DNA of 64,000 nucleotides from a bacterium (GTDB lineage: Bacteria; SAR324; XYD2-FULL-50-16), in assembly GCA_032250835.1 (NCBI GenBank), contig JAVVEA010000007.1, forward strand, positions 64,001-128,000, given 5' to 3'. The position numbers were made by a program, and so were the translations under genes. Below the pieces are notes generated by a model. The model was not told the origin of the DNA, did not search any database, and saw only the letters and a list, made by a program, of their open reading frames with translations. Below are positions 29,088 to 38,758 of the stretch, piece after piece. Positions within the stretch are counted from its first letter, which is position 1; the number at the start of each line of letters is the position of its first letter.

Positions 29088-29762
29088 TCAATAGGAAAAG
29101 CCTAATAAAAGGGCACCCGGCCAATGTTTACCGCTCCAACCCAAGCCTTGCTGGCCTGACTCGTCAAGCCGCAAATAGGGAGAGGCAAAAGCAAAATTCG
29201 CTACCTGCCTTTGTTCTTCTATGAATAGGTCGAAATATCGTCCAACTTCCGTTTCTGCAACGTTTTGTTGAAACTTAGGAACAACCAAAACCAGCACTAG
29301 CCGATGGTCAAATCCCTCTCCTGCAGTGAGTTCCAATACTTGGTTTTTGGCTTCGTTAATTTTCGCAGTTATCGCTGCGGAATGTGCGTCAACCTTATTG
29401 GCACCGAGGGGAATGTCCAACTGAATTTTTTTTGCTTCCGCTACGTAGCGTTTTCCCGACAATTCAAACCAAAGGTCAGGTTTGCGATATTCCGCTGAAT
29501 TTTCATTTTCAACCTTTCGTTTTTTGATTGCACCGGGTTTTACGTTGTAGGTAATATAGTCTTGGACCGCTAGCCCGCCGACTTGCCATACGGCAGCAGA
29601 CAAGGTGCCCACCACCGCTGTTTCATTGTACGCGAAGAGAGCATCATCTGTTTCAAAATACCGGTCAAAGTTAGCTAAATTAGTCCGCCACTGATACAAG
29701 AAACGATCAAAAGCGTAACCGGCTACTTCTTCCCAATCTGGCGAATAAATATTGGTTTTCAT
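29088..29762 (-). CDS. Hypothetical protein with PD-(D/E)xK nuclease-like motif
   Basis: KPDLWF...YVAEAKK; visibly more AT-rich than neighbours. Confidence 0.55.
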   Translation of the reverse strand: MKTNIYSPDWEEVAGYAFDRFLYQWRTNLANFDRYFETDDALFAYNETAVVGTLSAAVWQVGGLAVQDYITYNVKPGAIKKRKVENENSAEYRKPDLWFELSGKRYVAEAKKIQLDIPLGANKVDAHSAAITAKINEAKNQVLELTAGEGFDHRLVLVLVVPKFQQNVAETEVGRYFDLFIEEQRQVANFAFASPYLRLDESGQQGLGWSGKHWPGALLLGFSY

Positions 29763-29791
29763 TTCTCCCTCTAAACTTGTTTTTCCTTTTT

Positions 29792-31078
29792 TCAGAGAAT
29801 CTGATCCAAGGATTTTTTAAAGGCCTTGGCGGTCGCTTCTAGGTCTGCTTCGCTGTGGGCGGCGGACATGAAGGCGGCTTCGAAGGCCGAAGGGGCCATG
29901 TAGACGCCATGGGTCAGCATGGCGCGGAAGTATTTGCCGTAGCGTTCGGTGTGGTTGCCCAGGGCGTCTTCGTAGTTGTGGATCGGTTTTTCGGTGAAGT
30001 AAAAGCCGAACATGGTGCCCACCGCTTCAATCTGGTGCGGTACGCCGCGCTTGGTGAGGGCGTCGGCCATTTCGTTTTTCAGCCAGGTGGTCTTCTGACC
30101 CAAGTCTTCGTAAAAGCCCGGTTTGTCCAATTCGCGCAGCGTCACCAATCCGGCGGCCATGGCCATGGGGTTGCCGCTGAGCGTACCGGCTTGGTAGATG
30201 TCCCCGGCCGGAGAGATGCGCGACATCACGTCGGCGCGGCCCCCATAGGCCCCCACCGGCATCCCGCCGCCGATCACCTTGCCTAGCGTGGTCAAGTCCG
30301 GAGTGATGTGGAACAGCTCTTGAGCACCGCCCTTAGAGGCCCTAAAGCCGCTCATCACCTCATCAAAAATCAACAGAATCCCTTCGCGGTCACAAAGCTC
30401 GCGTAGGCCCTGCAAAAAGCCGGGCACCGGGGGCACCACGCCCATATTGCCGGCCACCGGCTCTAAGATAATGGCCGCCACTTCGCCGGAGTTGTGTTCG
30501 ATCAACTCTTCAACGGAGCCCAAGTTGTTGTATTGGGCCAGCAGGGTCAGTGCCGCAAAGTCGGCGGGAACGCCGGGGCTATCGGGAGCGCCCAAAGTGG
30601 TCGCCCCAGAACCGGCCTTGACCAACAAATAGTCCGCATGTCCGTGGTAACAGCCGCTGAACTTGATGATCTTGTCGCGGCCCGTGTAGCCCCTAGCCAA
30701 GCGCAGAGCGCTCATGGTGGCTTCGGTGCCGCTGTTGACCATCCGCACCATCTCCATCGAGGGCACCAGCTTGTTGATCAACTGGGCCAGCTCAATTTCG
30801 CTAGCCGTAGGGGCCCCAAAGCTGAGCCCGTCTTTCATAGTTTTTTCCAGCTGGTCTAAGACCACCTGGGGCGCATGGCCCAAGATCAGCGGGCCCCAGC
30901 TGCCTACGTAGTCGATGAAGCGGTTGCCGTCTACGTCGATGATGTGGCTGCCCTCGCCTTTGGCAATAAACAGCGGGTCTCCGCCGACGCCTTTAAAGGC
31001 GCGCACCGGCGAGTTGACGCCACCGGGGATCAGTTTTTGGGCTTGGGTGAAGAGTTCTCTAGACTTGCTGACCAACAT
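29792..31078 (-). CDS. hemL: Glutamate-1-semialdehyde 2,1-aminomutase
   Basis: PGGVNSPVRAF, SGTEATM, FDEVMSGFR and LGKVIGGG motifs. Confidence 0.97.
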   Translation of the reverse strand: MLVSKSRELFTQAQKLIPGGVNSPVRAFKGVGGDPLFIAKGEGSHIIDVDGNRFIDYVGSWGPLILGHAPQVVLDQLEKTMKDGLSFGAPTASEIELAQLINKLVPSMEMVRMVNSGTEATMSALRLARGYTGRDKIIKFSGCYHGHADYLLVKAGSGATTLGAPDSPGVPADFAALTLLAQYNNLGSVEELIEHNSGEVAAIILEPVAGNMGVVPPVPGFLQGLRELCDREGILLIFDEVMSGFRASKGGAQELFHITPDLTTLGKVIGGGMPVGAYGGRADVMSRISPAGDIYQAGTLSGNPMAMAAGLVTLRELDKPGFYEDLGQKTTWLKNEMADALTKRGVPHQIEAVGTMFGFYFTEKPIHNYEDALGNHTERYGKYFRAMLTHGVYMAPSAFEAAFMSAAHSEADLEATAKAFKKSLDQIL

Positions 31079-31091
31079 GGGACCTCGGGGA

Positions 31092-32582
31092 TTAAAAATG
31101 ATAGCGGAGTTGTGCGCCGTACAGCGAAAACCGGCTGGTTCTCTCGCTGGACGGTGCTAGGTTGTCATTGGCGCTATAGGCCTCTTCGGGGACAAAATAA
31201 CCCCAGGCCAAATTAGCGGTCAGGTTTTTATCCATCTCCACCTGATACTCGACGTTAAACTCTTGCCCAATCTTCATCACCCGCTCACCGGTATCGTTGA
31301 TCACCGTTTTATTGTGGGCATATTGGTAGAATCGAATATCCACGCCCCACTGGTTTTCGGGGTTGCGGTAGTTAAAGAAAAGGCTTTGGTAGTTTAGGTT
31401 CGAGACCGAGTGTCCGTCGCCGGAGCCATGTAGGCCGTTAAAGTAAATCAAGGCGTCGCCGTAGAAGCCCTTTTGGACCTCCAAGTAGTCGGTGCGGTCA
31501 CGGTCCCAATAGTTTTCGCTTTGGGTTAATTGCTCCCCACCCCGCCCGCTTAGGTAGGTGAGGCGGGTTTGCCAGTTTTCACCCAGCATATAGCGCTGCT
31601 CCAAACGCCAAACGCCGCCCGCTAAGTGGCGGTGGGCCAAAAAGTCGCGTTCGCTGTCGCCCTGATTCCCTTCCCAATAAAACCGGTCTCCGGCCATACC
31701 GGCATAATTGACTAACAGTTGGTAGTCATAGTAATTCCAGGTTCCGTTGACGCCAAAGTATTCCATCTTCTTGTTTTCAAAGTAGACGGGCTTACCGTTA
31801 GAAGTCGCTTGGTAGCTAGTGCCATTGCCGGTTCTGCCGCCATATAAGGCCAGAGGGATTTCACTACCCCGATAAAAGTGGCGGAAGATTTCGATATATA
31901 AGGCGCTGCGCTGGCGCTCTTTGCTCTCGAAGCTATCAAAGAAGACCTGCCCTTGTTCATAGACCGGGTAGGTTAATTGGGCATAGAGCAGGTTATCGCC
32001 CACGCCCCGGCCAAAGCGAACAGCCCCGATCATATAACACCAAGTCCCGACGCGGCAAGTCTGGCTGAAGCCCTGGGAAATGCCGCGGTAAGTCAGGCCG
32101 AGCTTGTCGCCTAAATCAAATTCCTGTTGCCCCAGACGCAACACCGCAGCAGGGTTGTGTTCGTATTGCAGGTAGGCTTCTTTAAAGAAGACGTTCATGG
32201 CGGTGTCGGTGCTCGAGTCGCCCTGCTCGACGAGTTGGTCCGACTGGTATCCTTCGGCCTGCTCGCTCAAATAGCTGGAGTAGTTGGCCAGCGTCGCTTT
32301 GAGGTGGATATGGTCGTGTAGATTGGAAGTAAAGCTGAGTTCAAAGTCTTGCCGGCTATCGTTGCTTTGGGGCTTGCCGGACAACTGCAAGCGACGGTCC
32401 ACCATGCTGGCTTCATAGTTGCCGCTGATGATGGCGTCCTCGATATTCGGACGGGGCGCTTGGCGGGTTTCGTACTCACCCTCTTTAAGGCTTACGTAGT
32501 TTTGCTGTGCCCAAGCGATTTGCCCAAAAAAGAAGACAAAAAGTACGTAAAAAGCGTAGAGTGAAAGCCGTAAATTTTTCAT
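31092..32582 (-). CDS. Putative outer-membrane beta-barrel protein
   Basis: Signal peptide, aromatic-rich amphipathic strands, C-terminal LRYHF. Confidence 0.7.
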   Translation of the reverse strand: MKNLRLSLYAFYVLFVFFFGQIAWAQQNYVSLKEGEYETRQAPRPNIEDAIISGNYEASMVDRRLQLSGKPQSNDSRQDFELSFTSNLHDHIHLKATLANYSSYLSEQAEGYQSDQLVEQGDSSTDTAMNVFFKEAYLQYEHNPAAVLRLGQQEFDLGDKLGLTYRGISQGFSQTCRVGTWCYMIGAVRFGRGVGDNLLYAQLTYPVYEQGQVFFDSFESKERQRSALYIEIFRHFYRGSEIPLALYGGRTGNGTSYQATSNGKPVYFENKKMEYFGVNGTWNYYDYQLLVNYAGMAGDRFYWEGNQGDSERDFLAHRHLAGGVWRLEQRYMLGENWQTRLTYLSGRGGEQLTQSENYWDRDRTDYLEVQKGFYGDALIYFNGLHGSGDGHSVSNLNYQSLFFNYRNPENQWGVDIRFYQYAHNKTVINDTGERVMKIGQEFNVEYQVEMDKNLTANLAWGYFVPEEAYSANDNLAPSSERTSRFSLYGAQLRYHF

Positions 32583-32769
32583 AGATGATTCGGACCTTAG
32601 GTGCTTCGTTAAGCTTCGATTCTTAACGGAATTTTGCGGCTAAGGCAAACCGAAACCCACCTGTAGCGCCTCTGGGGGCGGGGCGTTATAGCGGAGCAAC
32701 CCAGGTTCTGGTATGTTCCTTGCTTATAAGCCTTCCCATAAAACGATATTCAAGGCCTTAGGGAGCAGC

Positions 32770-34215
32770 ATGAACGGACTCTTTCCGGTGATTACCGAAT
32801 ACCGCATGATGCCGGGTTCGGTACTTTATAGCACCAGCCTCGGTGGCTTGCTGGTGGGTTGTCCACCAGAGGTTTTAAAGACCCTCTTGGCGGGGCATTT
32901 ACCGATGCCCAACACGGTCGTACTACCGGGGACATTAACCCGTGGGGCCTCTTCGCAGGCCTGTTTGGAGTTCCCCTTTTATCACTTCCTTTTTATCCAA
33001 CAAGGCCTTGCCCAGGGCAAAAAGTTCCGGGTCTTAGGGAGCGCTTCGGTATTAGAGAAGCTCAAGCCCATGCTCCGGGTTACCCTCACGGGGCCGAACC
33101 TAGAAGAGGTCTTGTCCTGTGAGCAGCGTCTGGGGCTGCGGTCGCGCTTGAGTGAAGCGAAGGTCTCAGCTTGGATGAAAGAAGCCGAGTTCATGGCCCT
33201 TAAAGGCGCCGGCGGCAAGAAGTTAGAAATTGAAGACCTGGTGGAGTTTGTACCCTTTGAAATCGGCCAGACTCAGGTGGTCTACCCTCAACTAGACGCG
33301 CAACCGGAAGTGACCATTGAGCGGACCGGCAACAACCAATATGTCTGCCAAACCCAGGGGCAGCGCTTTGAATGTGACCTGGAACAGGACCCCAAGCCCC
33401 AAGAGCCTAGTTATCCAATCAAAGCTGTCCCCACCAGCCCCCAAGAGAAAAGCAGCAAAAAAGCCTTTAATGTCCGCATCCTGGGCAACAGCGAAGGCTT
33501 TGATCCCATCCGCCCGGCCAACGGGCTTTTGCTTAGATTGGGCGGTAAATGGCTGATGTGGGATTGCCCGGCCTATTTGCGCAACCACCTTGCCGCCGTG
33601 GGGTTGGAATTCAACGATTTGGAAGGTCTGTTCATTAGCCATGTGCACGAAGACCACTTAGAAGTGGGCCAGAGCCTAGAACCGGGCAAACGGGTAAAGA
33701 TCTTTAGCAGCCCCGAGATTTTTGACAGCATGCTCTATAAGGTGATGGCCAATTTAGACTGCGACTACGAGACCGCCAGGGGGCATTATGAATTCCATCC
33801 AGTCTATGCCGACGAGCCCTTCCAGCTTTTAGGTGCAGAATTTGAGGTCTTTTATTCAGTCCATGCCATCCCCGCTTTGGGCCTCAAGCTGACGCTGCCG
33901 CAATCTAAGGGAGCGCCTAAGCGGCTGTTTATTTCTGGTGACCACCAATCTCGGGCCAACATCCGTAAGATGGTAGACGCCGGGGTGGTCTCCAAAGAAC
34001 GGGAGCTCCGCTGCCGCGAACAACTAGAAAAAGCCGGCCCCTACGATGCGGTTCTGGTGGACGTCGGGGCGGGCTTGATCCACGGTGCGCCCGAAGACTA
34101 CCTTTCATGCGAAGACCCCGTCTATTACATGCACACAGGTAAAGCGCTTAAAGACCTACCCAAAGGCCATCACGCCACCGAGGCGGGGATGCGGGTCCTG
34201 CTGGTACCCGAGTGA
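32770..34215 (+). CDS. Metallo-beta-lactamase-fold hydrolase
   Basis: SHVHEDH (HxHxDH), HAIP and SGD motifs; N-terminal GCPPE domain. Confidence 0.8.
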   Translation: MNGLFPVITEYRMMPGSVLYSTSLGGLLVGCPPEVLKTLLAGHLPMPNTVVLPGTLTRGASSQACLEFPFYHFLFIQQGLAQGKKFRVLGSASVLEKLKPMLRVTLTGPNLEEVLSCEQRLGLRSRLSEAKVSAWMKEAEFMALKGAGGKKLEIEDLVEFVPFEIGQTQVVYPQLDAQPEVTIERTGNNQYVCQTQGQRFECDLEQDPKPQEPSYPIKAVPTSPQEKSSKKAFNVRILGNSEGFDPIRPANGLLLRLGGKWLMWDCPAYLRNHLAAVGLEFNDLEGLFISHVHEDHLEVGQSLEPGKRVKIFSSPEIFDSMLYKVMANLDCDYETARGHYEFHPVYADEPFQLLGAEFEVFYSVHAIPALGLKLTLPQSKGAPKRLFISGDHQSRANIRKMVDAGVVSKERELRCREQLEKAGPYDAVLVDVGAGLIHGAPEDYLSCEDPVYYMHTGKALKDLPKGHHATEAGMRVLLVPE

Positions 34216-34700
34216 TGTTACGTCTGGCGCTGGCCTTCTGTGCCCTGGTCTGGGCCTTTTCGCTTTTCGCTGAAGAGGGCCGCCAACATACGCCCTTAGG
34301 GCCCTTCCCGCTCGAAGGAAAGATATATAACGGACAAGGCCAACTAGTCGCCAGCGCCAAAGTATACCCCCGATATGTCGAGATATTTGAAGAAGGCCAA
34401 CTGTTAGGTAAGGTCGGGATTATGGTGGATAAGGGCTGGGCCCATATCCACCTGATCAACCAAGACGACAGCCTAGCCATGGTCGGCTACGCCCACAAAG
34501 GCCGCATCTTCAACAGCAAAGACCAACCTTTAGGCACCTATTTCTGGACGCCAACCTATTCTTACGTATATGATCTAGATGGCAAAAGGGTGGGACACAC
34601 CAAGTGCATCGCTTGGCCTAGGGTCTGTTCGGTCGCCGTGGCCGGATACCTGCTCAAGCTGATTCAAGGTCCACCTCCCGAGGCAATCCAAACTCCCTAA
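34212..34700 (+). CDS. Hypothetical exported protein
   Basis: Signal peptide; repeated IY/F-x-x-x-G-x-x-V-G beta hairpins; start overlaps upstream stop. Confidence 0.65.
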   Translation: MMLRLALAFCALVWAFSLFAEEGRQHTPLGPFPLEGKIYNGQGQLVASAKVYPRYVEIFEEGQLLGKVGIMVDKGWAHIHLINQDDSLAMVGYAHKGRIFNSKDQPLGTYFWTPTYSYVYDLDGKRVGHTKCIAWPRVCSVAVAGYLLKLIQGPPPEAIQTP

Positions 34701-34707
34701 GAGCCCC

Positions 34708-35517
34708 ATGAAACCGGTCCGCCCGCCTGCGGTGGCAGGCAGTTTCTACCCCGCTGATCAACAAGAACTGGCCCAGCAGGTCCAGCACTTCTTAGGCGCG
34801 CGCCGGGCCCAATCGACCCGGCGACCCAGGTTTTTGCTGGTGCCCCATGCGGGCTATCTCTACTCGGGCCAGGTGGCCGCTTCGGCCTTCAAGGAAGTAT
34901 CGGGCACCTCTTTTGAGCGGGTTTTACTGCTAGGGCCTAGCCACCGGTACTATTTCGAAGGGGCAGCCGCCACCTTAGACCGGGTTTGGGAAACGCCGCT
35001 GGGCCAGGTGTCGATCAGCCGCCCCGGATACTGGGCGCTGAGCGAATCAAAATACCACGCCGCCGAGCACAGCCTAGAAGTGCAACTACCCTTTATCCAG
35101 ACAGTTTTACCCGATGCCCGGCTGATGCCCTTTTTGCTTTCTGGCCCCACCGAATTAGCCCCCCAACTAGCTGAAGCCCTGTTGCCGCTGATGGACGAGC
35201 GTACCTTGGTGGTGGTCAGTTCGGACTTCAATCATGTGGGGCCCAGCTTTAAGTTTTACGCTCACGAACAGGGCTTTGGGTCTGCCGAAGAAATGGACCG
35301 GGCCGCTATCGAAACCCTTAGCGCTGGCGACCGAGCCGGATTCACCGGCTATCTCAAACGCACCGAAGCCACCATCTGCGGTGCCCTACCCATTTTGACG
35401 GCTATGTGCCTGATGGAATCTTTGGGGCTGGGCCCTTGGACCTTTAAGGAATATGCCAACTCAGCCCAGGTTACTGCGGGCCCTAACCAGGTGGGTTACG
35501 CCGCCTTTTATGCCTAA
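34708..35517 (+). CDS. amrB: AmmeMemoRadiSam system protein B (Memo-like)
   Basis: RPPAVAGSFYP, PHAGYLYSG, EHSLEVQLPF, SSDFNH and TICG motifs. Confidence 0.93.
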   Translation: MKPVRPPAVAGSFYPADQQELAQQVQHFLGARRAQSTRRPRFLLVPHAGYLYSGQVAASAFKEVSGTSFERVLLLGPSHRYYFEGAAATLDRVWETPLGQVSISRPGYWALSESKYHAAEHSLEVQLPFIQTVLPDARLMPFLLSGPTELAPQLAEALLPLMDERTLVVVSSDFNHVGPSFKFYAHEQGFGSAEEMDRAAIETLSAGDRAGFTGYLKRTEATICGALPILTAMCLMESLGLGPWTFKEYANSAQVTAGPNQVGYAAFYA

Positions 35518-35523
35518 AGAAAT

Positions 35524-36027
35524 ATGGAAGATACTGTCGATCTCGAACGCCTTAAGGGCTTTTCGCTCTTCGCCGACCTCGCTGAACAGCCCGAACGGTT
35601 GGCCGTGGTGTCCCAATACTTAGCACCCCGCCGCTTTTTGGCCGGAGAATACATATTCCACGAAGGGGATATGGGCGATGAGTTGTTTTTATTGGTCCAA
35701 GGCGCGGTGCGGGTCCTTAAGCTGACCAAACAAAAAGAAGAATACACCATCGTTGACCTACAGGCGAGTTATCAGGTTTTTTTTGGCGAGATCGCCCTGA
35801 TGGACTCGGACAAGCGTTCGGCCAGTATTCAGGTCCTAGAAGACTGTCTGACTTATGTAATCAACCGAGATGCTTTTGTGGAACTGGGCAACAAACACCC
35901 GGAGATCGCCCTGCCGATCACCCGCGTGATCGCAGGCATCCTCTGTGGCCGTTTGCGCAACGTCAATAATGACGTGATCATGCTCTTTGATGCGTTGGTC
36001 AACGAGATTGAAACAACTCAGCTTTAA
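35524..36027 (+). CDS. Cyclic nucleotide-binding domain protein
   Basis: IFHEGDMGDELF...FFGEIALMDSDKRSAS; no HTH. Confidence 0.9.
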   Translation: MEDTVDLERLKGFSLFADLAEQPERLAVVSQYLAPRRFLAGEYIFHEGDMGDELFLLVQGAVRVLKLTKQKEEYTIVDLQASYQVFFGEIALMDSDKRSASIQVLEDCLTYVINRDAFVELGNKHPEIALPITRVIAGILCGRLRNVNNDVIMLFDALVNEIETTQL

Positions 36028-36122
36028 AAAGCTGCCGGCTGGCAATTGTCGGACATCCTTCGGACCTGTATCCTCCTAGGAATCCCCTCAAAACCAACCT
36101 AGGTATTTGGAGAAAAGCTAAC

Positions 36123-36602
36123 ATGCTCAAGAAACTAATCATTGCTGTGGCCGCAGCCATCCTTGCAAGTTACGGCTTGGCCTATCTCATCTTACCGGAG
36201 CGCAACCCGACCGCCCGATACGAAGGTGTGATCCTTTCGGAATCTGCCGATAAAATCCTCAAACACGCCTGTTTTGATTGCCACAGCAACGAAACCCAGT
36301 GGCCCTGGTACACCCAGATTCCGCCGGTAAACATCTTATTGGCCTACAACGTTTCTCATGGCCGTGAGGAGTTAAACTTCTCGAACTGGGACCAAATGGA
36401 GCAAAAGAAGCGCGCCAGGAAGATGGAAGAGGCCATCGAAGAGGCCGAAGAGGCTGAAATGCCCCCGCTGCCGTACACCTGGATGCATGAAGGGGTTGTC
36501 TTAACCCACGACCAAATCGAAGAACTTGAAGCCGCCGAAAAGGTCCTCTTTGGAGTGCGCGAAGAGCACGAAGGGGACGAACACGACCATGCCGACAAAT
36601 AG
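36123..36602 (+). CDS. Haem-binding (CxxCH) domain protein
   Basis: ACFDCHSNETQWPWY, LNFSNW and MPP motifs. Confidence 0.88.
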   Translation: MLKKLIIAVAAAILASYGLAYLILPERNPTARYEGVILSESADKILKHACFDCHSNETQWPWYTQIPPVNILLAYNVSHGREELNFSNWDQMEQKKRARKMEEAIEEAEEAEMPPLPYTWMHEGVVLTHDQIEELEAAEKVLFGVREEHEGDEHDHADK

Positions 36603-36624
36603 CCGCTCCCTCGGCTTTGCCCTT

Positions 36625-37677
36625 CTAGCCGTTCCTTGCGGCTAGGAGCGGCCTGACCGCTGCTAATACTTGCTCCACTGAAATCCCTTTTAAACAGGCC
36701 AACTGTTCCTTATTGATGCAGCGCCCTTTACCGTTGCGACTACAGGGACGGCAAGAGAGCTCCCGCTCCATCACGCGGCTTTGGGGCAAAAAGGGCGCAA
36801 AGCCGAACTCAGTCGCCGTTGGGCCGAAGATTGCCACCACCGGGGTGCCCATGGCCTCGGCAAAATGCACCACCGTCGAATCATTACTCACCGCCAGCCG
36901 GGCCCACCGTAAAAGTTCAGCGGAACCTAAAAAACTCAGCCTACCGGCCAAGTCAACCAGCCTTCCACCGCTCTGCTCGCTGATCCATCGCGGTTCTTGG
37001 TCCGCTGCCCCACCGAGCAAAACCACCTGAACCCCCATTTGGTCCAAGGCCAAACCAAGGGCCAAAAAGGATTCCTTGGGCCAGCATTTAAGCGCAAAGC
37101 TCGCCGAAGGCCCCAGGGCAACCAAGGGCTTGCCTTCGGCCTTCAGTTCCGCCAGGATGGTCTCGACCTCAGCACGTTCTTGGGGGCCTGGAAAAAGGGC
37201 CGTAGCGCCGTTTAAAGGACGCCCGCCCGCATATCGGGCCAAGAGCTTGAGGTATTCTAGCCGCTGGGGGGATGCTTCTTTAAATAAGTTGATCTTCAAC
37301 GGCGAAAGCAGCAGGTTGCGCTTGAAACTGCGTTTATCCACGTGGTGGACCTTGACGCCCGATTTGCCGAGCCCTTTGCGTAGCAATAACCGGCTACGTA
37401 GGCTACGGTGTAAATCAAAGGCTAGGTCGTAACCTTCGGCTTCGATGGCGGCGGCTTGAGCGTCTAATTCGGCGCTTCCGGCTTTGCGGTCAAAAGGAAT
37501 CAGCCGGTCGATATGGGGGTTACCGGCGAAGATAGCAGCAAATTCACGCGAGGTGATCAAATGCAGTTCCGCATCCGGGAACAGTGCCTTGACCTCACGA
37601 TAAAAAGGCGTGGTCAAGACCAAATCGCCGATTGAAGAGAAGCGGACAGCCAAGATTTTTTTTATCCCCAAAGGCAT
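36625..37677 (-). CDS. Glycosyltransferase family 9 (LPS heptosyltransferase-like)
   Basis: RFSSIGDLVL, SNDSTVVHFAEA, IFGPT and CRPC motifs. Confidence 0.9.
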   Translation of the reverse strand: MPLGIKKILAVRFSSIGDLVLTTPFYREVKALFPDAELHLITSREFAAIFAGNPHIDRLIPFDRKAGSAELDAQAAAIEAEGYDLAFDLHRSLRSRLLLRKGLGKSGVKVHHVDKRSFKRNLLLSPLKINLFKEASPQRLEYLKLLARYAGGRPLNGATALFPGPQERAEVETILAELKAEGKPLVALGPSASFALKCWPKESFLALGLALDQMGVQVVLLGGAADQEPRWISEQSGGRLVDLAGRLSFLGSAELLRWARLAVSNDSTVVHFAEAMGTPVVAIFGPTATEFGFAPFLPQSRVMERELSCRPCSRNGKGRCINKEQLACLKGISVEQVLAAVRPLLAARNG

Positions 37678-38758
37678 GGAATCTACTCTCTTTTTAAGAA
37701 GGATAACTAAGTCGCCCAAGAAGGTGCTGGTCCTGCGTACGGACCGGATCGGCGATTTCGTGTTGAGCTTGCCGGTTTTTGAAGTCTTAAGCAACCGCCT
37801 GGGCATGACCGTTGACGTACTCTGCCGCCCGGCGGTCCTCCCCCTTTTGGACCACAACCCCCACGTCCGGCTGGCCCATAGCTACAACCAAGAGATCGAA
37901 AAGCACCTCTTGGAAAAGCTCAACCACGACTCTTTCGACGCCCTTTTGGTCTTAGTGAACGATGAGGTTGCCAGGCGCGCCATACCTCAACTAAGCCAGA
38001 TCCCGATCCGCATCGGGCCCCTTTCAAAGCCCGGCATGTTGCGCTACTATACCCACCCGGCGATACAAAAGCGCAGCCGTTCGGTCCAAAGTGAAGCGTT
38101 GTACAATCTGGACCTAACCCGGGCTTTTGGCTGGGATGGCCAGTTACCGCCTAAGCCGCAGCTTTACTTCAACCCCGCCGAAGTGAGCGATTTTGCCGCT
38201 TTACTAACCCAAAAGCTACCGACCCTAGACCTCACCTCGGGTTATATCGTGGTGCACCCCGGCATGGCGGGTTCGGCGCTGAATTGGCCTTTGTCCCACT
38301 ACGGCGAATTGTTGGCCCACTTAGCGGCCAAGCAGCAAGTGGTTTTGACCGGTGCCAGTTTGGCCGAAAGCGAAACCAACCAGCAGTTGATCGAGGCCTT
38401 ACCTAGCGACCTAAAGAAAGGGGTCTTTAATGGCGCTCAAAAATTCAGTCTGCGCGAACTTGCCCTACTCTGCCGAGCGGCCCAGTGTTTTGTGGGACCC
38501 TCCACCGGCCCGACCCACTTGGCTGCCGCGGCGGGTGCTCCGGTGGTCAGTTTTTACCCGCCCATTCGGGTCCAGTCAAAAACCCGCTGGGCCCCCTTTA
38601 TGGCCGAAGGCACCATCTTCGACCCCCAAGTTCTGTGCGGTGAAAAGTACCAATGCCGGGGCGTTGAATGTGAGCATTTCGACTGTATGTCCCTGATCAC
38701 AGCAGAACAGGTCTATACGGCAGTATTGGCCAACCAGCGTTGGGAGGCAAAGCCTTGA
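37676..38758 (+). CDS. Glycosyltransferase family 9
   Basis: RTDRIGDFVL, HPGMAGS and STGPTHLAAA motifs; start uncertain. Confidence 0.88.
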   Translation: MESTLFLRRITKSPKKVLVLRTDRIGDFVLSLPVFEVLSNRLGMTVDVLCRPAVLPLLDHNPHVRLAHSYNQEIEKHLLEKLNHDSFDALLVLVNDEVARRAIPQLSQIPIRIGPLSKPGMLRYYTHPAIQKRSRSVQSEALYNLDLTRAFGWDGQLPPKPQLYFNPAEVSDFAALLTQKLPTLDLTSGYIVVHPGMAGSALNWPLSHYGELLAHLAAKQQVVLTGASLAESETNQQLIEALPSDLKKGVFNGAQKFSLRELALLCRAAQCFVGPSTGPTHLAAAAGAPVVSFYPPIRVQSKTRWAPFMAEGTIFDPQVLCGEKYQCRGVECEHFDCMSLITAEQVYTAVLANQRWEAKP

